A stretch of DNA of 63,455 bases, counting the filler, from Octopus bimaculoides (Eukaryota), in the NCBI RefSeq assembly GCF_001194135.2. It is 4 parts of 4 records of this genome, joined end to end, with 100 filler letters (N's around TTAATTAATTAA, not from the genome) between each part and the next. Parts side by side here need not be neighbours in the genome. Positions count along the whole stretch, not along the records: positions 32,972 to 63,455 come from NC_068981.1; 3 more parts are not named here. One strand, given 5' to 3'. Of this stretch, positions 40,078-52,700 are shown in pieces. How positions within the stretch are numbered: position 1 is the stretch's first letter; each line of letters starts with the position of its first letter. A model generated the notes under the pieces. The model did not search any database. It saw only the letters and a program-made list of their open reading frames with translations, and was not told the DNA's origin. Position numbers and translations under genes: made by a program.

Positions 40078-40292
40078 GAGGCGGTGAGCTGGCAGAATCG
40101 TTAGTACACTGGACGAAATGCTTAGTGGTATCTCGCCCATCGCAACGTCTTGAGTTCAAATTCCGCCGAGGTAGACTTTACTTTTCATCCTTTTGGGGTC
40201 GATAAAATAAGTACCAGCTGAATACTGGGATCGATGTAATCGACTCATTCCCTCCCCCAAAATTGCTGCCTTTGTGGCAAAATTTGAAATCA
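40078..40292 (+). mobile_element. SINE family A, full length
   Basis: gaggcggtgagctggcagaatcgttag...tgagttcaaattccgccgagg...aaaatttgaaatcattag. Confidence 0.9.
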
Positions 40293-40299
40293 TTAGTAT

Positions 40300-40495
40300 T
40301 ATATGAAAACTTTGCTGGGTATGTTGGAAAGTGTCAGCTGTCCACAACCAGCAGACTAAGGTGACATTTGTTTACTGGTCATGCTTCAAGAACCCTGCGA
40401 AGTATTCTTGCAGTTCCAAGCATTGCTGATTTTTGTAGGTGTTCTACCTTCACACTTGCACTAATCTTTTTCAGCCATGTTGATTTTGTTGTTGC

Positions 40496-40500
<5 letters not shown>
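40300..40500 (-). mobile_element. 3' terminal fragment of an R4/Dong-like element (RLE C-terminus and 3' UTR)
   Basis: TWLKKISASVKVEHLQKSAMLGTARILRRVLEA* matches the LQKS.LLGTA.ILR.VL terminus; begins in a (TAA)n tract. Confidence 0.8.
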
Positions 40501-40555
<55 letters not shown>

Positions 40556-40788
40556 GTCCACCATACTGTGAAGTCACGGAAATTTAGTGCTCCATAAGTT
40601 GAAAACGTATTTGTAATCTTTTCGGCCTTTCTGTTGTTACCATTACATTTCTGAGATTGTCTGGATTGCGCAGATAGTTTTTTTGTGTAGAAACACCCGC
40701 TATTTTGCAGGGGATGCACGTAAATAATTTTTGAATTTTTACTGCTTTCGGCAAAAACAAATATTTCGCAATTTTCTGTAATTTTTTA

Positions 40789-41690
40789 ATGATAGCTGTC
40801 GACAAGGAAACGTGCTTCTTGTCGGGGGAAACTGAGAACAAGGAACGAATTGAGGATATCAATTTCGAATGGCCTAAACTTAATGACGTTACCGAGGCGA
40901 AGAATGTTTCGTCTCTAAGCAACGTCAAAACTTTCGGTGTCGACAAAGTGAACAACAACAGCAACAGCAGCAGCAGTGACAGCAACAACAACAATAACAG
41001 TAGTGACAGCAACAACAATACGAAAGAAATGAAACATAAAAACGCAAATGTCGCCCTGCGTCTTTTGCATCAGCGGCGAGAAATATGTTTCCATATAGAA
41101 ATATGTTTCCACATAGATGAGGAAGAATTAAAATTGGCAAGAAAAATTATAAAAAGAGATGGGAGAAGGGTAGCTCTAAACCTTCCATCCGACGTGATAC
41201 AAAATATCGCAAGATGCACGGTCACATACCGTTGCATCGGAGTTAAATCTTGGCGGGGGGAAAATGTTCCCGAGAGCGAAGTACAAAAACGCCTTGGATG
41301 CGTGTGGGAACAAAAGACCCTCATCACCCGAGGAAAGAAGTTTGGATCCACTGAGGTTATATTTGGGACTGAAGAAGAAGCTAGATGTAATTTCGCAACC
41401 AATTTGAGGAATGACAACCTTTTCTTTATCCCAAACTATCATGGACAACACCTTGTCAAAATTAGGGTGCTGAATGTGCCGCCAGAAATATCCATTACCT
41501 GGTTAGTGGTGGCCGTCTTGGCAGGTTTAGAAGAAGACGAAGTCACAATACTGGAGGTCAATAAACAACCTAAGCAAAACTGATTAGGTGTATGTATGGA
41601 ACTGCCATTGCAATGCAAGCAGGACCATATCGAGCAGCTGGGTACTAATCTATCAGTGTTCGTGGAGGGTAGAAATGTGGACCTGTAAAA
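40789..41690 (+). pseudogene. Probable L1/Tx1-like ORF1 relic
   Basis: 264-aa ORF with EVIFGTEEEAR, FFIPNYHGQHLVKIRVLNVPPEI..WLV; in-frame continuation after a stop gives SVFVEGR, then a basic WITVTKRGRRKR. No ORF2 seen. Confidence 0.5.
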
Positions 41691-42839
41691 CACTTAAATG
41701 TTTCTTAACCTGAAACAATGGTAAATAAAGTCTCACCGCTGCCAGCATTACAAATACCACAAGTGCAAAATCATAAACAAGTTCTCAAGACTCCTACGCC
41801 TTCTCCCACACCCACGCTCAAAACCAAGACAAAGAAGGAGTCTACTCCCAGCTGCCACGGAAAAACAAGTTTCTCATGAATGCTCTCCCTCCCAAATCAA
41901 CATCAACTGCAATGACATGGAGAAGGAAGAGCTGAAGGATCAATGGATCACAGTGACAAAAAGAGGGAGGCGAAAGAGGAGGAGAGTACATAGCCCGACT
42001 CCAAGAAATCAACGTAAACTTATTCTGAAACCACAACTGCAGCACAATTCATGATCACTCCAACGAAAACAGCAAGAACAAGATCAACAACTTTAAAAAC
42101 AGCAACATCATCAACCAAGAAATAAAGAAACAACCGATTACAGAACGTCAAAAATATTCACCAGACTGTAAACGAAATGTATCCATCAATGTTTGGTGAA
42201 AAGACTACATTCATTCAGAAATGAACAAATGATACTTTAAAAAATTATATTCTAAAACGAATGTTTGAATTTAACAAAAGGGTGAAGCCATAGTACATAT
42301 CTACCATACTATATATCTGGTATTAACAGTGTGCCTACCAAGCCTATTTTGCGCCATATTAAAAATATAGCGTGAGGAGTCACCGGTGATTTCCATGGTA
42401 GACAAAGCGTAAATTTTAGTGACCCCCAAACACACGGATGGATGAATCTTCAAGAGTATCTTTGTGAGGACACCATTTCTGTTACTTACAACCCTAATTA
42501 AAAAATTGCAATGTGATATTGCATTAAGTTGCTGTTGGGATTAAATTTTATTTGGAATATATCACTGTTTCATCTTCTGGATAGCTAAATAATGTGGCAA
42601 TCCCAGGATGGGACGAATGTTAACGTTATTTAGCCCCACAGCCTTTCAGGGTGTCTACATATATCGTCCGGCATTCTACAGTGTCGGCAAATATACCGGC
42701 CTTCTGCTGTGACTACATATAATCTGCCATTTTGTAGTGCCTACTTATAGTCTAGCATTTTATAATGTCTATATAGATTTTGAGCATGCTTATTATAATG
42801 TCTACGGAGACATTGAGCATGCATCGGCAAGCTTACAGC

Positions 42840-43800
42840 GACGAGGCAATGGATCGAACGCAATGTTTCAAGTGACACGGGCGCTTCAAAAGCCAAAGAA
42901 CGTGCCTGGAAGACGATGAGCGATCTGGATGACCTGCCGTGAGCATCAAACCCCGAAAATGTGGAGAAAATTCCTCAGTTTCTGTATGAAAATCGTCGGA
43001 GCACAAAAACAATATTGCTGATGTTGAGGGTCTGCTGTATGGGTCCGTACAGGCAATCCTAACGTTTGAATTGATTATGCGGCGTGCCTTTACCAAATTT
43101 GCTCCATGCCTGCAGAACACTGAGCAGAAAGAACATCGTATAGAAGTCTGTCAAGGTCTCTGTCAGCGTGCCGCTGATGACCCATTCTTCATGTCCAAGA
43201 TAACCACCGGTGACGAGAGTTGGGTCTACAGGTACGACCCTGAGCCAAAGCAGCAATCGTCACAATGACAGAGCTCTTCATCTCCACGACGAAGAGGGCA
43301 CGACGGAGCCGCAGCTCAACCAAGAGTATGCTCATCGTTGTTTTTCGACATCTGTGGTATTGTGAATCGAGAATTCGTTCCCTAGGGCCAGACCGTCAAT
43401 CGAGTGTTCTACTGTGACGTTTCGAAGCGTTTGAGGAAGGACATTCGGCGAAAGCTACTGGATCTGTGGAGCACGAAGAATTGGATTCTTCACAACAACA
43501 AGGCATCCTGTCACCGAGCTCTTCTCACTCATGGTATTTAATTTATCGACCCCGAAAGGATGAAAGGCAAAGTCGACTTCGGTGGAATTTGAACTCACAA
43601 CGTAAAGACAGACGAAGTACCGCTAAGCGTGTTGTTGCTTCCGCACCCGCCCTATTCGCCAGATTTAGCACCTGCAGACTTCCACCTCTTTCTCAAGATG
43701 AATATGCAGCTCAAAGGTCGCCGTTTTAACACCGTTGTCTAGATCCGGATCGAATCGCAGAAGAACCTCGACTCGCTTTCGGAAAACGAATTCACTGCAT
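42840..43800 (+). pseudogene. Mariner (DD34D-type) transposase pseudogene
   Basis: ITTGDESWVYRYDPE, LHNNKASCH (HDNA-like), PHPPYSPDLAPADF; several stops and frameshifts. Confidence 0.9.
43512..43630 (-). mobile_element. SINE family A fragment inside the mariner
   Basis: ggtatttaatttatcgaccccgaaaggatgaaaggcaaagtcgacttcggtggaatttgaactc...cgctaagc. Confidence 0.85.
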
Positions 43801-44467
43801 AGAAACATACTGAGATACATGTCGGTATATAAACACAGAAATGCTGGTACTCGCCAAAACAGAGTGGATCCAGCTGATTTGCTTTCTTCAAATGGAATTG
43901 ATTAGAGGCACAGTGAAAATTTGTAAAACATTTCAGAGAGAGATTCTTCACTGCAGGTTCCTGGCTGAATATATGTACACAATGAAAAATACATGTGGAA
44001 TACACATGCGCACGTACAAATAAACAGTAATGAAGAGCGCGCGCGCACACACACACACACACAGTTGTGTCCTATCGAGTGCAAGTTTATCAGCAAGCAC
44101 ATACATTTTTGCCTACATCAACCAATTCAAAGAATCATAAAACTTGAGAGCTTTGATTCAAATCAAAGAGCGTTGCCACTTTATTCGGGATCAGCGGGAA
44201 CGCTACAAAAGAAAAATAATCTTGCTGTTGAAAAATGTTAGTAACCAGGTTTCAGTTAGTGTGACGTCGACACCAGATTATAAATGTTTGAGTGAAGTCA
44301 ACAGATTTTGGAATTTTTGAATGGCTAATTTCTATCTTCCACACTTTAAAAACAGACTTAAATATGCGCGAAAAAAAACCCCACACACACACACACACTC
44401 ATCCCTAAAAGTTACTAAGGGTACAAGTTAGCGCCAGCATGCTAGAAATAAGAATCGAAATAATTCT

Positions 44468-44573
44468 TAGCCATGAACAGAGCCCTTTCTATTCAACAGA
44501 GCACTTTATATTCATTGACAAGGGACATAACCTCCTGTGTTCTGTTGAACAGAAAGCGCTCTGTTCGTGGCTA
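44468..44573. repeat. 37-bp inverted repeat with ~32-nt spacer (mini-MITE/hairpin)
   Basis: tagccatgaacagagccctttctattcaacagagcac versus gtgttctgttgaacagaaagcgctctgttcgtggcta. Confidence 0.8.
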
Positions 44574-44672
44574 CGATTGATGCTGACTTCCATCCTTAGT
44601 CACTTTTATTGACGATTATAGTTGTACCTTTTGGTTTTAAATTGCGTCTAGCCACTTTAATAATTTAATATA

Positions 44673-44830
44673 CAGGGTGCGGCAGAAGTAACACCCTTTT
44701 GAGTTTTCTAGCTTCTTGTTGAGATTCTTTTTTTATTTCAGAAATTTAAGATAAATATGGCCATGCGATTAACGAAGGAACAAAGAGTGAGAGCAATTCA
44801 ACTTTATTACGGAAATAATATTTAATAAAC
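44673..44830 (+). mobile_element. 5' end of a Tc1/mariner-like transposon
   Basis: TA-CAGGGTG terminus; MAMRLTKEQRVRAIQLYY resembles a Tc1-type HTH N-terminus. Confidence 0.55.
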
Positions 44831-44831
44831 A

Positions 44832-45052
44832 CGAAGGCGGTGAGCTGGTTGAATCGTTAACACGCCGGGAGAAATGCTTAGTGGTTTTTCATCTGTCTTT
44901 ACGTTCTGAGTTCAAATTCTGCCAAGGTCGGCTTTGCTTTTCTGTTCATCCTTTCGAGGTCGATAAATTAAGTACCAGTTGCGTACTGGGATCGATCTAA
45001 TCGATTGCCCGCCTCCCCCAAAATTTCAGGCCTTGTTCCTAGAGTAGAAAAG
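44832..45052 (+). mobile_element. SINE family A, full length with 15-bp TSD
   Basis: TSD aatatttaataaaca at 44817-44831 and 45053-45067. Confidence 0.9.
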
Positions 45053-45075
45053 AATATTTAATAAACATTTTTATA

Positions 45076-45406
45076 TAGGGTGGTCCGAAAGTTTTGTCAC
45101 TCCCTACAAATGTAATAAGAACACTAGATATAATAATATCAAATAGATATACGGGTTTCAGTATATTCAGTTTTACTGACACTGACACACATCGAGAAGG
45201 TTTATATGAACACAATCATTTTCGTGACACAAAATGATGCGGCGCCGTGTCCTATGTGATATTTTACGAAGCTGTTGGTGTCCATGCAGACCTTCTCGAT
45301 GTGTGTCAATGTCAATGAAAGTGAATATACTAAAACCAGTACGTGAGTTCCTCTATCGTTCTTATTACTTTTCGGTAAGGGGTGATAAGACTTTCGGACC
45401 ACCCAA
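45076..45406. mobile_element. Foldback-like Tc1/mariner MITE with ~125-bp arms
   Basis: gggtggtccgaaagt / actttcggaccaccc termini, TA flanks, inner arms actgacacacatcgagaagg / ccttctcgatgtgtgtcaat. Confidence 0.85.
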
Positions 45407-46142
45407 TACTATAAAAGTTATTAAATGCAAAAAAAAAAAACAAACAAAAATGTGAAAAAAAGCCTCTCCCAACCTGTTTTGCGCCTGTTAAAAGCAGTTA
45501 TTAGAGTCACTGTAAGGGTACGATTTGATACAAATGCTGGAGCGATTAACAAACTGCTTTGCGGAGTTTAGTTACGACACTTTACTCTCTGAGTTCAAAT
45601 TCCGCTGAATTCAATTTTACCCTTCGTTATTTTCAGAATCAATTTAATTGTCTAACATTTCATCCTATATTTGAGGTCTTGTATCTAATGCTAGAAATGA
45701 TTATTAGAGTCGTTCTATAACTATAGGACACTTCTAATCTCTACTTACTCCTGAATTATACAACACGAAATGCAAAGAAACACTCTTGTACTCCATTTGC
45801 CTTAGACATCGCTCAACTAAAACTACTCCAAATGTTATTTCTCATAACAGTCTCTTGTAATGTCTTGATGCTCCACTAAAGCCGAATCTCGAGAATACGT
45901 ATTCTTATTTTTATTTTATTTTATTTATTTTATCAAGATCAGAAAAGAATGTCAATACTTCAGTTCTGAGATCTGTAAAGCTCAATTAAAACCACCATAT
46001 AATACTGGTGATCCACATATAGCTGGTGCTGCAGCTATACTCACAGACATTGTATGCTACATCTAAACGATGACCATATAGCTCGTTGTTACGAGCTAAC
46101 CGACAAGCCACAAACTTTGTTCCTCTTCTCTGTGTGTGCGTA

Positions 46143-46569
46143 TGCGTATATGTGTTTGTTTTGACGTAACTATAGGAACCAGTTTCTTGTGAATCAGCTA
46201 GTTACATACTACCTCCACCTAATTCCACCCAACACACTTCACTCTCTTCTCTCGTCAATTCTTGTGTTAGGAGACCAGTCTCTGCAATGGCAACATCACC
46301 CAATCCTTTCTCCCAGAAATGTCCATGAATCTTCTGGAATTCCATCCCAACTAACGTCGTGTTTACCTCCAACAGATATAAACTGGTAGCTGTTTAAGCT
46401 AAACACGAATCATTTCTATCTTATCAGCCTTGGAAAGCCTATAGAAGCTATTTGCACTGTCTTCACCACATCTTTTCAATAACACACGCGCACACACACA
46501 CACACACAGATATATAATCATTATATTGCTTCATTCTATGCCACTATACGACTAACGCTACGCAACATT
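46143..46569 (+). repeat. Copy 1 of a ~425-bp direct duplication
   Basis: Colinear with 48501-48922, including an internal (CA)n. Confidence 0.9.
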
Positions 46570-48500
46570 ACACGAAACTCCATTTTTATTCTACTTCGTG
46601 CTGCAAAGCGCAAAATATTTTCACTACTTCAGAAAACACTCAGCATATCTCTATTTCAAAGAACTGTTTAGGTTAACAAGAACGTACAACAAAGTAGAAT
46701 GACAAAACAATTGTGTGAGAGAGGGAGGGGAAAGGGGAATAGAGCTTTACTATCCCGTATGTAATTATATTTGTATTCTGGCTATTGTGTTTTGTCTGAG
46801 CCTAAAGTCTGTATGATTTAGCTGATTAAGAAAAGAGTTATTAAGAACAGTGAATTATAAGTTAATGAGGAGACTGAAAATATTTCATTTCCTATGTTAG
46901 CTTAAGTAGACCGTTTGCGTATCTGTTTAAACAATTGCAACTGTTATATCTTTTAAGCTCACTTTCAATACGTTTGTTCTTTGAGCTTCCTATCACATAA
47001 TGCCTATATAAATTACAGCACTTATGGCCGTTCATATTGTAAATCGATGCTACTATAATGGTATCAGATGATGACTGCAAATAATAAAGGCCTGAGTAAG
47101 CAAAATATGTAATACTATTCAGAGTTTGAATCAAGGACTATGGAGATAAAACTCTATAATTGAATCAGATAACTTCATTGATTAAAGGAATTACGCTTAG
47201 ATAGGGAATCGATAAATATTTATTCCGGAAACCAAAAATAGAGAAAAAAAACTTTATCTGTTTATACGTAACAATAATATGAGAAGCAATTCGCGGTAAT
47301 TTATCTGTCTACCAGCCGAAAGGTGAATGGTTCGCATCGTGTCACTATCATAGTGATCTCTCAATGGAAAATGAACTAAGCTCCAAAACTCGCTGTACAG
47401 AATATTGTACAGCAAAAACAGTATAAATTAATGAGCCTTTGGTTATCTTGACGTGTTAAGTTCAACACACGCCAGCGTCGAGAAAGGAAATCGTTTCTGA
47501 TCTGATTTGCTTAAATACATTTCAGAAGAATAAAGTCGTCCGTTAATTAATAAAAACATTAAACAGTTTTTTTTTTTGTTAGATATTTAAAGATGTAAGG
47601 TAAACTTACAAGCGGAGGGGTAAAAACAAATTTTAGCTTGGCTGTGTTTTTAAACCACAGTATTTCTGTCTGTAACCATCTTAATTCTGTCGAAGTTTGT
47701 ATACAAGAAAGAAGGGGGCCTCTTATGTTATGTGGGGGAGGGGCCACATTGAAGTTAATTACTTTGTGACAAGACCGCATTGCAAAAAACAAAACAAATG
47801 AACACTTTCACAATTAAACCTATTCATAAAAAAATAACAAATTGCAAAATAAACTTTTAAGAACTTTTTCTTCTCCATTTTTTCTTAAATTAAACATGGC
47901 ACATGACTCAGTGATTAAGAGTAGTGAGCACAGGATCTCAAAACCGTGAGCTAGATTCCTGGAACGAGTGGTACGTTGTGTCCCTAAGCAAAGTACTTAA
48001 TTTAACGTTGTGCTAGAGTACACAATTGTAAAGAGAAACAAACCCGTCTCCCTCCAGTTGTTACATCCTCGATGATCCACTGGGCCAAGATAGAAGAGCC
48101 GAGAGGGTATCTACGTCTGCACTTGACTACACATGACACTTAGAACAATCAGTGAAATCATCCCTAATCATCCTCGCTTGCGAGATTGATTTAGGATGAT
48201 TTTTACCAAATCATCTTGGCTTGCAGGTGACAGCTGATTCTTTAAATTGCTCTTTATAACTAATTATAACTGTGTATGTATATACATATATGTGTGTGTG
48301 TGTTCCTAAAATTCACACTTGGAAAGATAGTTTTAAATAAAATTAGACCGGCAAAAATATATTCTAGTATAATGATCTCATCAATCTCCTCATACGTTGT
48401 ACTTCTTTTAACGGGGAAGAGATTAATCGATATCATCCACCACAGTACTTGACTAATACTTTATTTTATCTATGGTGAAGGGATAAAATAGTCGCGTACG

Positions 48501-48922
48501 TGCGTATATGTGATTGTTTTGGCGTAACTATAGGAACCAGTTTCATGTGAATCAGCTAGTTACATGCTACCTCCACCTAGTTCCATCCAACGCGCTTCAC
48601 TCTCTTCTCTCGTCAATACTTGTGTTAGGAGACCAGTCTCTGCAATGGCAACATCACCCAATCCTTTCTCCTGGGAATGTCCATGAATCCTCTGGAATTC
48701 CATCCCGTTTTTACCTCCAACAGATATCAACTGGTAGTTGCTTAAGCTGAACACGAATCATTTCAGTCTTATCAGCCTTAGAAAGCCTATAGAAGCTATT
48801 TGCACTGTCCTCACATCTTTTCATTAGCACACACACGCACACACACACACACACACACACAGATATATAATCATTATATTGCTTCATTCTATGCCACTAT
48901 ACGACTAACGCTACGCAACATT
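48501..48922 (+). repeat. Copy 2 of the ~425-bp direct duplication (runs into gap)
   Basis: Colinear with 46143-46569, offset 2358 bp. Confidence 0.9.
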
Positions 48923-49234
48923 NNNNNNNNNNNNNNNNNNNNNNNNNNNNNNNNNNNNNNNNNNNNNNNNNNNNNNNNNNNNNNNNNNNNNNNNNNNNNN
49001 NNNNNNNNNNNNNNNNNNNNNNNNNNNNNNNNNNNNNNNNNNNNNNNNNNNNNNNNNNNNNNNNNNNNNNNNNNNNNNNNNNNNNNNNNNNNNNNNNNNN
49101 NNNNNNNNNNNNNNNNNNNNNNNNNNNNNNNNNNNNNNNNNNNNNNNNNNNNNNNNNNNNNNNNNNNNNNNNNNNNNNNNNNNNNNNNNNNNNNNNNNNN
49201 NNNNNNNNNNNNNNNNNNNNNNNNNNNNNNNNNG

Positions 49235-49830
49235 AAAAGAGTTATAGCGTCGGGAAAATGTTTTACGGCAGTTGTTCCAGCTCTTTTACATTCGGAGTTC
49301 GAGTCCCGCCGAAATCAATGTTGCCTTTCCTTTCCTCGAGGTCGATAAAACTAAGTATCAATCTAGTATTGGGGTCGATGACATCGACTTACACCATTCC
49401 CTCAAAATTACTGACCTTCTGCCTAAATTAGAAGCTTTTATTTTTGGTTTCAAATGTTGGCACAATTTCGGAGGATAAGCTAAGTCGATTACATCGACAC
49501 CAGTGCTCAACTGGTACTTAATTTATCGACCCTGATAGGATGAAAGGCAAAGTCGACGGAATTTGAATTCAGAACGTAAAGGATGGACGAAATGCCACTT
49601 AGCATTTTGCCCGACGTGCTAACGATTCTGCCAGTTCGCTACCTTAGAAGCTACTATTGCAAAATAATATTTGGTTGCATCGGTAAAGTAACAAAATTCT
49701 TTAGAGAATTAAGTTATCTCTTCTATGCTCCAATCACGGTAAGCTCTATTTCGCCTTTCATATTCCTGAGGTCGATAATATAAACTATTAGTTAAGTACT
49801 GGGATTGATTTAATCGACCAAACTGACACA
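49235..49830. mobile_element. SINE family A cluster: 49235-49430(+), 49470-49645(-), 49745-49830(+)
   Basis: Family A core motifs in the stated orientations. Confidence 0.75.
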
Positions 49831-50744
49831 AAGCGTAATTTTATAAAGTTGGCAGATAAGATGATATAACGTTTGTGATTTTGTTTTCCTTTTTCAAAGG
49901 TGCTAATGACATATCTGAGGTGTATAGAAGTCAAATAGGTGGCTAGAATAATAGTCCAAAGCAGAATCACCACCTTTGTTCACCGTAAGGTGACCTCTAG
50001 TTTACAGAACCTGTAGCACAGGAAATTAAGTAATAATATTCGAAGACAATAAATATATGTAACACTCTGAACTTCACAAAATTAAAGTTGCTTATATTTG
50101 AAATTTGTACAGAGACGTCAAAATGAACCAAAAAAAAAAGAAAAAACACTGAGGTTGTGATGGAATAGCACTTCTCTTTTCCAATTTTTGTGTCGATAAG
50201 TCGTTGAGAAGCAAGTCGCTGGTATGCAAGAAATAGCTTTTACTCACGGAAAGAATTGAACTCAGAAGNNNNNNNNNNNNNNNNNNNNNNNNNNNNNNNN
50301 NNNNNNNNNNNNNNNNNNNNNNNNNNNNNNNNNNNNNNNNNNNNNNNNNNNNNNNNNNNNNNNNNNNNNNNNNNNNNNNNNNNNNNNNNNNNNNNNNNNN
50401 NNNNNNNNNNNNNNNNNNNNNNNNNNNNNNNNNNNNNNNNNNNNNNNNNNNNNNNNNNNNNNNNNNNNNNNNNNNNNNNNNNNNNNNNNNNNNNNNNNNN
50501 NNNNNNNNNNNNNNNNNNNNNNNNNNNNNNNNNNNNNNNNNNNNNNNNNNNNNNNNNNNNNNNNNNNNNNNNNNNNNNNNNNNNNNNNNNNNNNNNNNNN
50601 NNNNNNNNNNNNNNNNNNNNNNNNNNNNNNNNNNNNNNNNNNNNNNNNNNNNNNNNNNNNNNNNNNNNNNNNNNNNNNNNNNNNNNNNNNNNNNNNNNNN
50701 NNNNNNNNNNNNNNNNNNNNNNNNNNNNNNNNNNNNNNNNNNNN

Positions 50745-50996
50745 GTGGCGAACCCTGCTGTACTCTTTCACCACAACTTTCTCTCACTCTTTCTTCCTGT
50801 TTCTGTTGTGCCTGTAATTCATAGAGTCAGCCTTATCACACTGTGTCACGCTGAATATTCCCGAGAACTACGTTAATGGTACTCGTGTCTGTGGAGTGCT
50901 CAGCCACTTGCACGTTAATTTCACGAGCAGGCTGTTCCGTTGATCGGATCAACTGGAACCCTCGACGTCGTAAGCGACGGAGTGCTAACAACAACA
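50745..50996 (+). mobile_element. SINE family C, 3' part
   Basis: gtggcgaaccctgctgtactc...ggatcaactggaaccctcgacgtcgtaagcgacggagtgc(aac)n. Confidence 0.9.
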
Positions 50997-51524
50997 ATGT
51001 CTAAGAGAGAGAGAGAGAGAGAGAGAGAGATGAGTAGGCTATGATAGAGATAGAGATGTTATTTCTAGGAAATCGAGTGACAATGTGGAAGCTTTCCCTT
51101 TGATCCTTCATAACTCAATGGCGAATGATACCATTTTGCTGCAACTAATATGAGTTAAATTATTTGAACCCATTAAGAACTATCTTAATCGTGAGCCCAA
51201 AACAGTGTCGATGAGAAGATACGAACCACTTACTAGAAATATGCAATAATCATATCAACATAGTTATATCCAGCTTCCCTGTAACTTTACGGAAACAACT
51301 CAGTCATTGGACCAAAACTTAATATCTATTTCTATTTGCTTCAATTTTTTAGTCCTTTTAACGCTACTGCTCTTGAGAAAAACAAACGTTACACAATCCC
51401 CTCTCTTTTACCTAATGTAGCAGAAACAGTAGAACCCTAGTAAATACCTTTTATTATTTAGCTCTGTCTATTTACTATCTCAGTTCATGTTCCGCGAAAG
51501 TAGACTTTATCATTCATTCTCTCA

Positions 51525-51635
51525 GGGTCGCTTACGACGTCGAGGGTTCCAGTTGATCCGATCAACGGAACAGCCNNNNNNNNNNTCGAAACCGCGAGTC
51601 CGCAGCCCTAACCACTGGGCCATTGCGCCTCCACT
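51525..51635 (-). mobile_element. SINE family C ends (middle lost in a 10-N gap)
   Basis: gtcgcttacgacgtcgagggttccag tail and tcgaaaccgcgagtccgcagccctaaccactgggcc head. Confidence 0.8.
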
Positions 51636-52399
51636 GTCTCCGTTTACCTCTGCCTAAAGTTAACTTCGTCTATTATATCCCAGAACACGATCTGAACATT
51701 TTAAGAGCACAAATGGATTAAACTGTAAAGCACATAGTCCGACACTTTATTCAAATTCAGTGATTCTCTTTTAAGCAAATTCGTTGCTTTCATCAGTTGG
51801 TTTTCAAAACATGACATACTTCTATTTGCATAATCTTTATTTCCAAAAAATTTCGGCTCGCTGAGTTTAATAAAGTTATTTCCCTTACTTGTTAATGTTC
51901 GTTTTCCTTTTTTTTTTACAGATTTCAAGCATCCATAGAAATATTCTTTGTTTACTAATTACATCATAGAACCCAGTTAATGGGATACTTTTCAACTCCC
52001 TATATTACATTATGTGAGACAAAAGGCTTGAATTGACAAAAAATTCACTCACCAATACACTAAAATCTCGAACGCACAACTCTTTTCAGTATTTTTTTTT
52101 TTGGATTANNNNNNNNNNTAAAATCTCGAACGCACAACTCCTTTCAGTCTTTTTTTGGATTACTAGCCGACTGCCAATCCGTTCCATATTCTCTGGCACG
52201 TTCTCCTAATCTTTTTCCACGATTGCTATCCGCTGAAATTTTTTCACCATTCACAGACTTTTAGTCCAATGGATTTTGAAATTGAATAACACATTCATCA
52301 ATCTCATCCGTCTGGAAGTACTTCTAAAGGTCATGAACTCTACTCTGTCTCCCCACTGTCAAACCAATAAAAACTTGGAAGAAAAACAAAAAAAGAATA

Positions 52400-52700
52400 T
52401 CATGTGTTTGAGTCGGTGAAGACGAAACAGCATTACTTTAATAAATGCAAGATTGACATCAAGTACTGGGAAAGAAATGCCCAGGGTCGAGATCAATGGA
52501 GATTCCTCATCAAAGAGGAACTTAACAACTTCTGAGACCAGCAGGACTGCTGAGCAAAGAAGTAAAGAGGAGGCGCAGAAAAGATAGACAAGAACAACCA
52601 AGAAGGGAACTTCGACCCTGAACCACCTGTCCCACTTGTAGAAAGAACTTCTGAACAAGAACTGGACTTATCAGTCACCTAAAGATCCCTCAATAACAAT
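52400..52700 (+). pseudogene. RTE-like LINE ORF2 C-terminal relic
   Basis: KCKIDIKYWERNAQGRDQWRFLI and terminal C2H2-like TCPTCRKNF*TRTGLISHLK. Confidence 0.75.

Noticed and set aside
49850-50030. Splice-site-like signals on both strands (GANDISEVYRSQI on plus; FCKLEVTL on minus)
   Set aside because: Conflicting orientations, early stops and no homology; cannot be supported without RNA data.
52061-52162. ~45-bp direct repeat flanking a 10-N gap
   Set aside because: Most simply an unmerged contig overlap between two alleles (assembly artefact).
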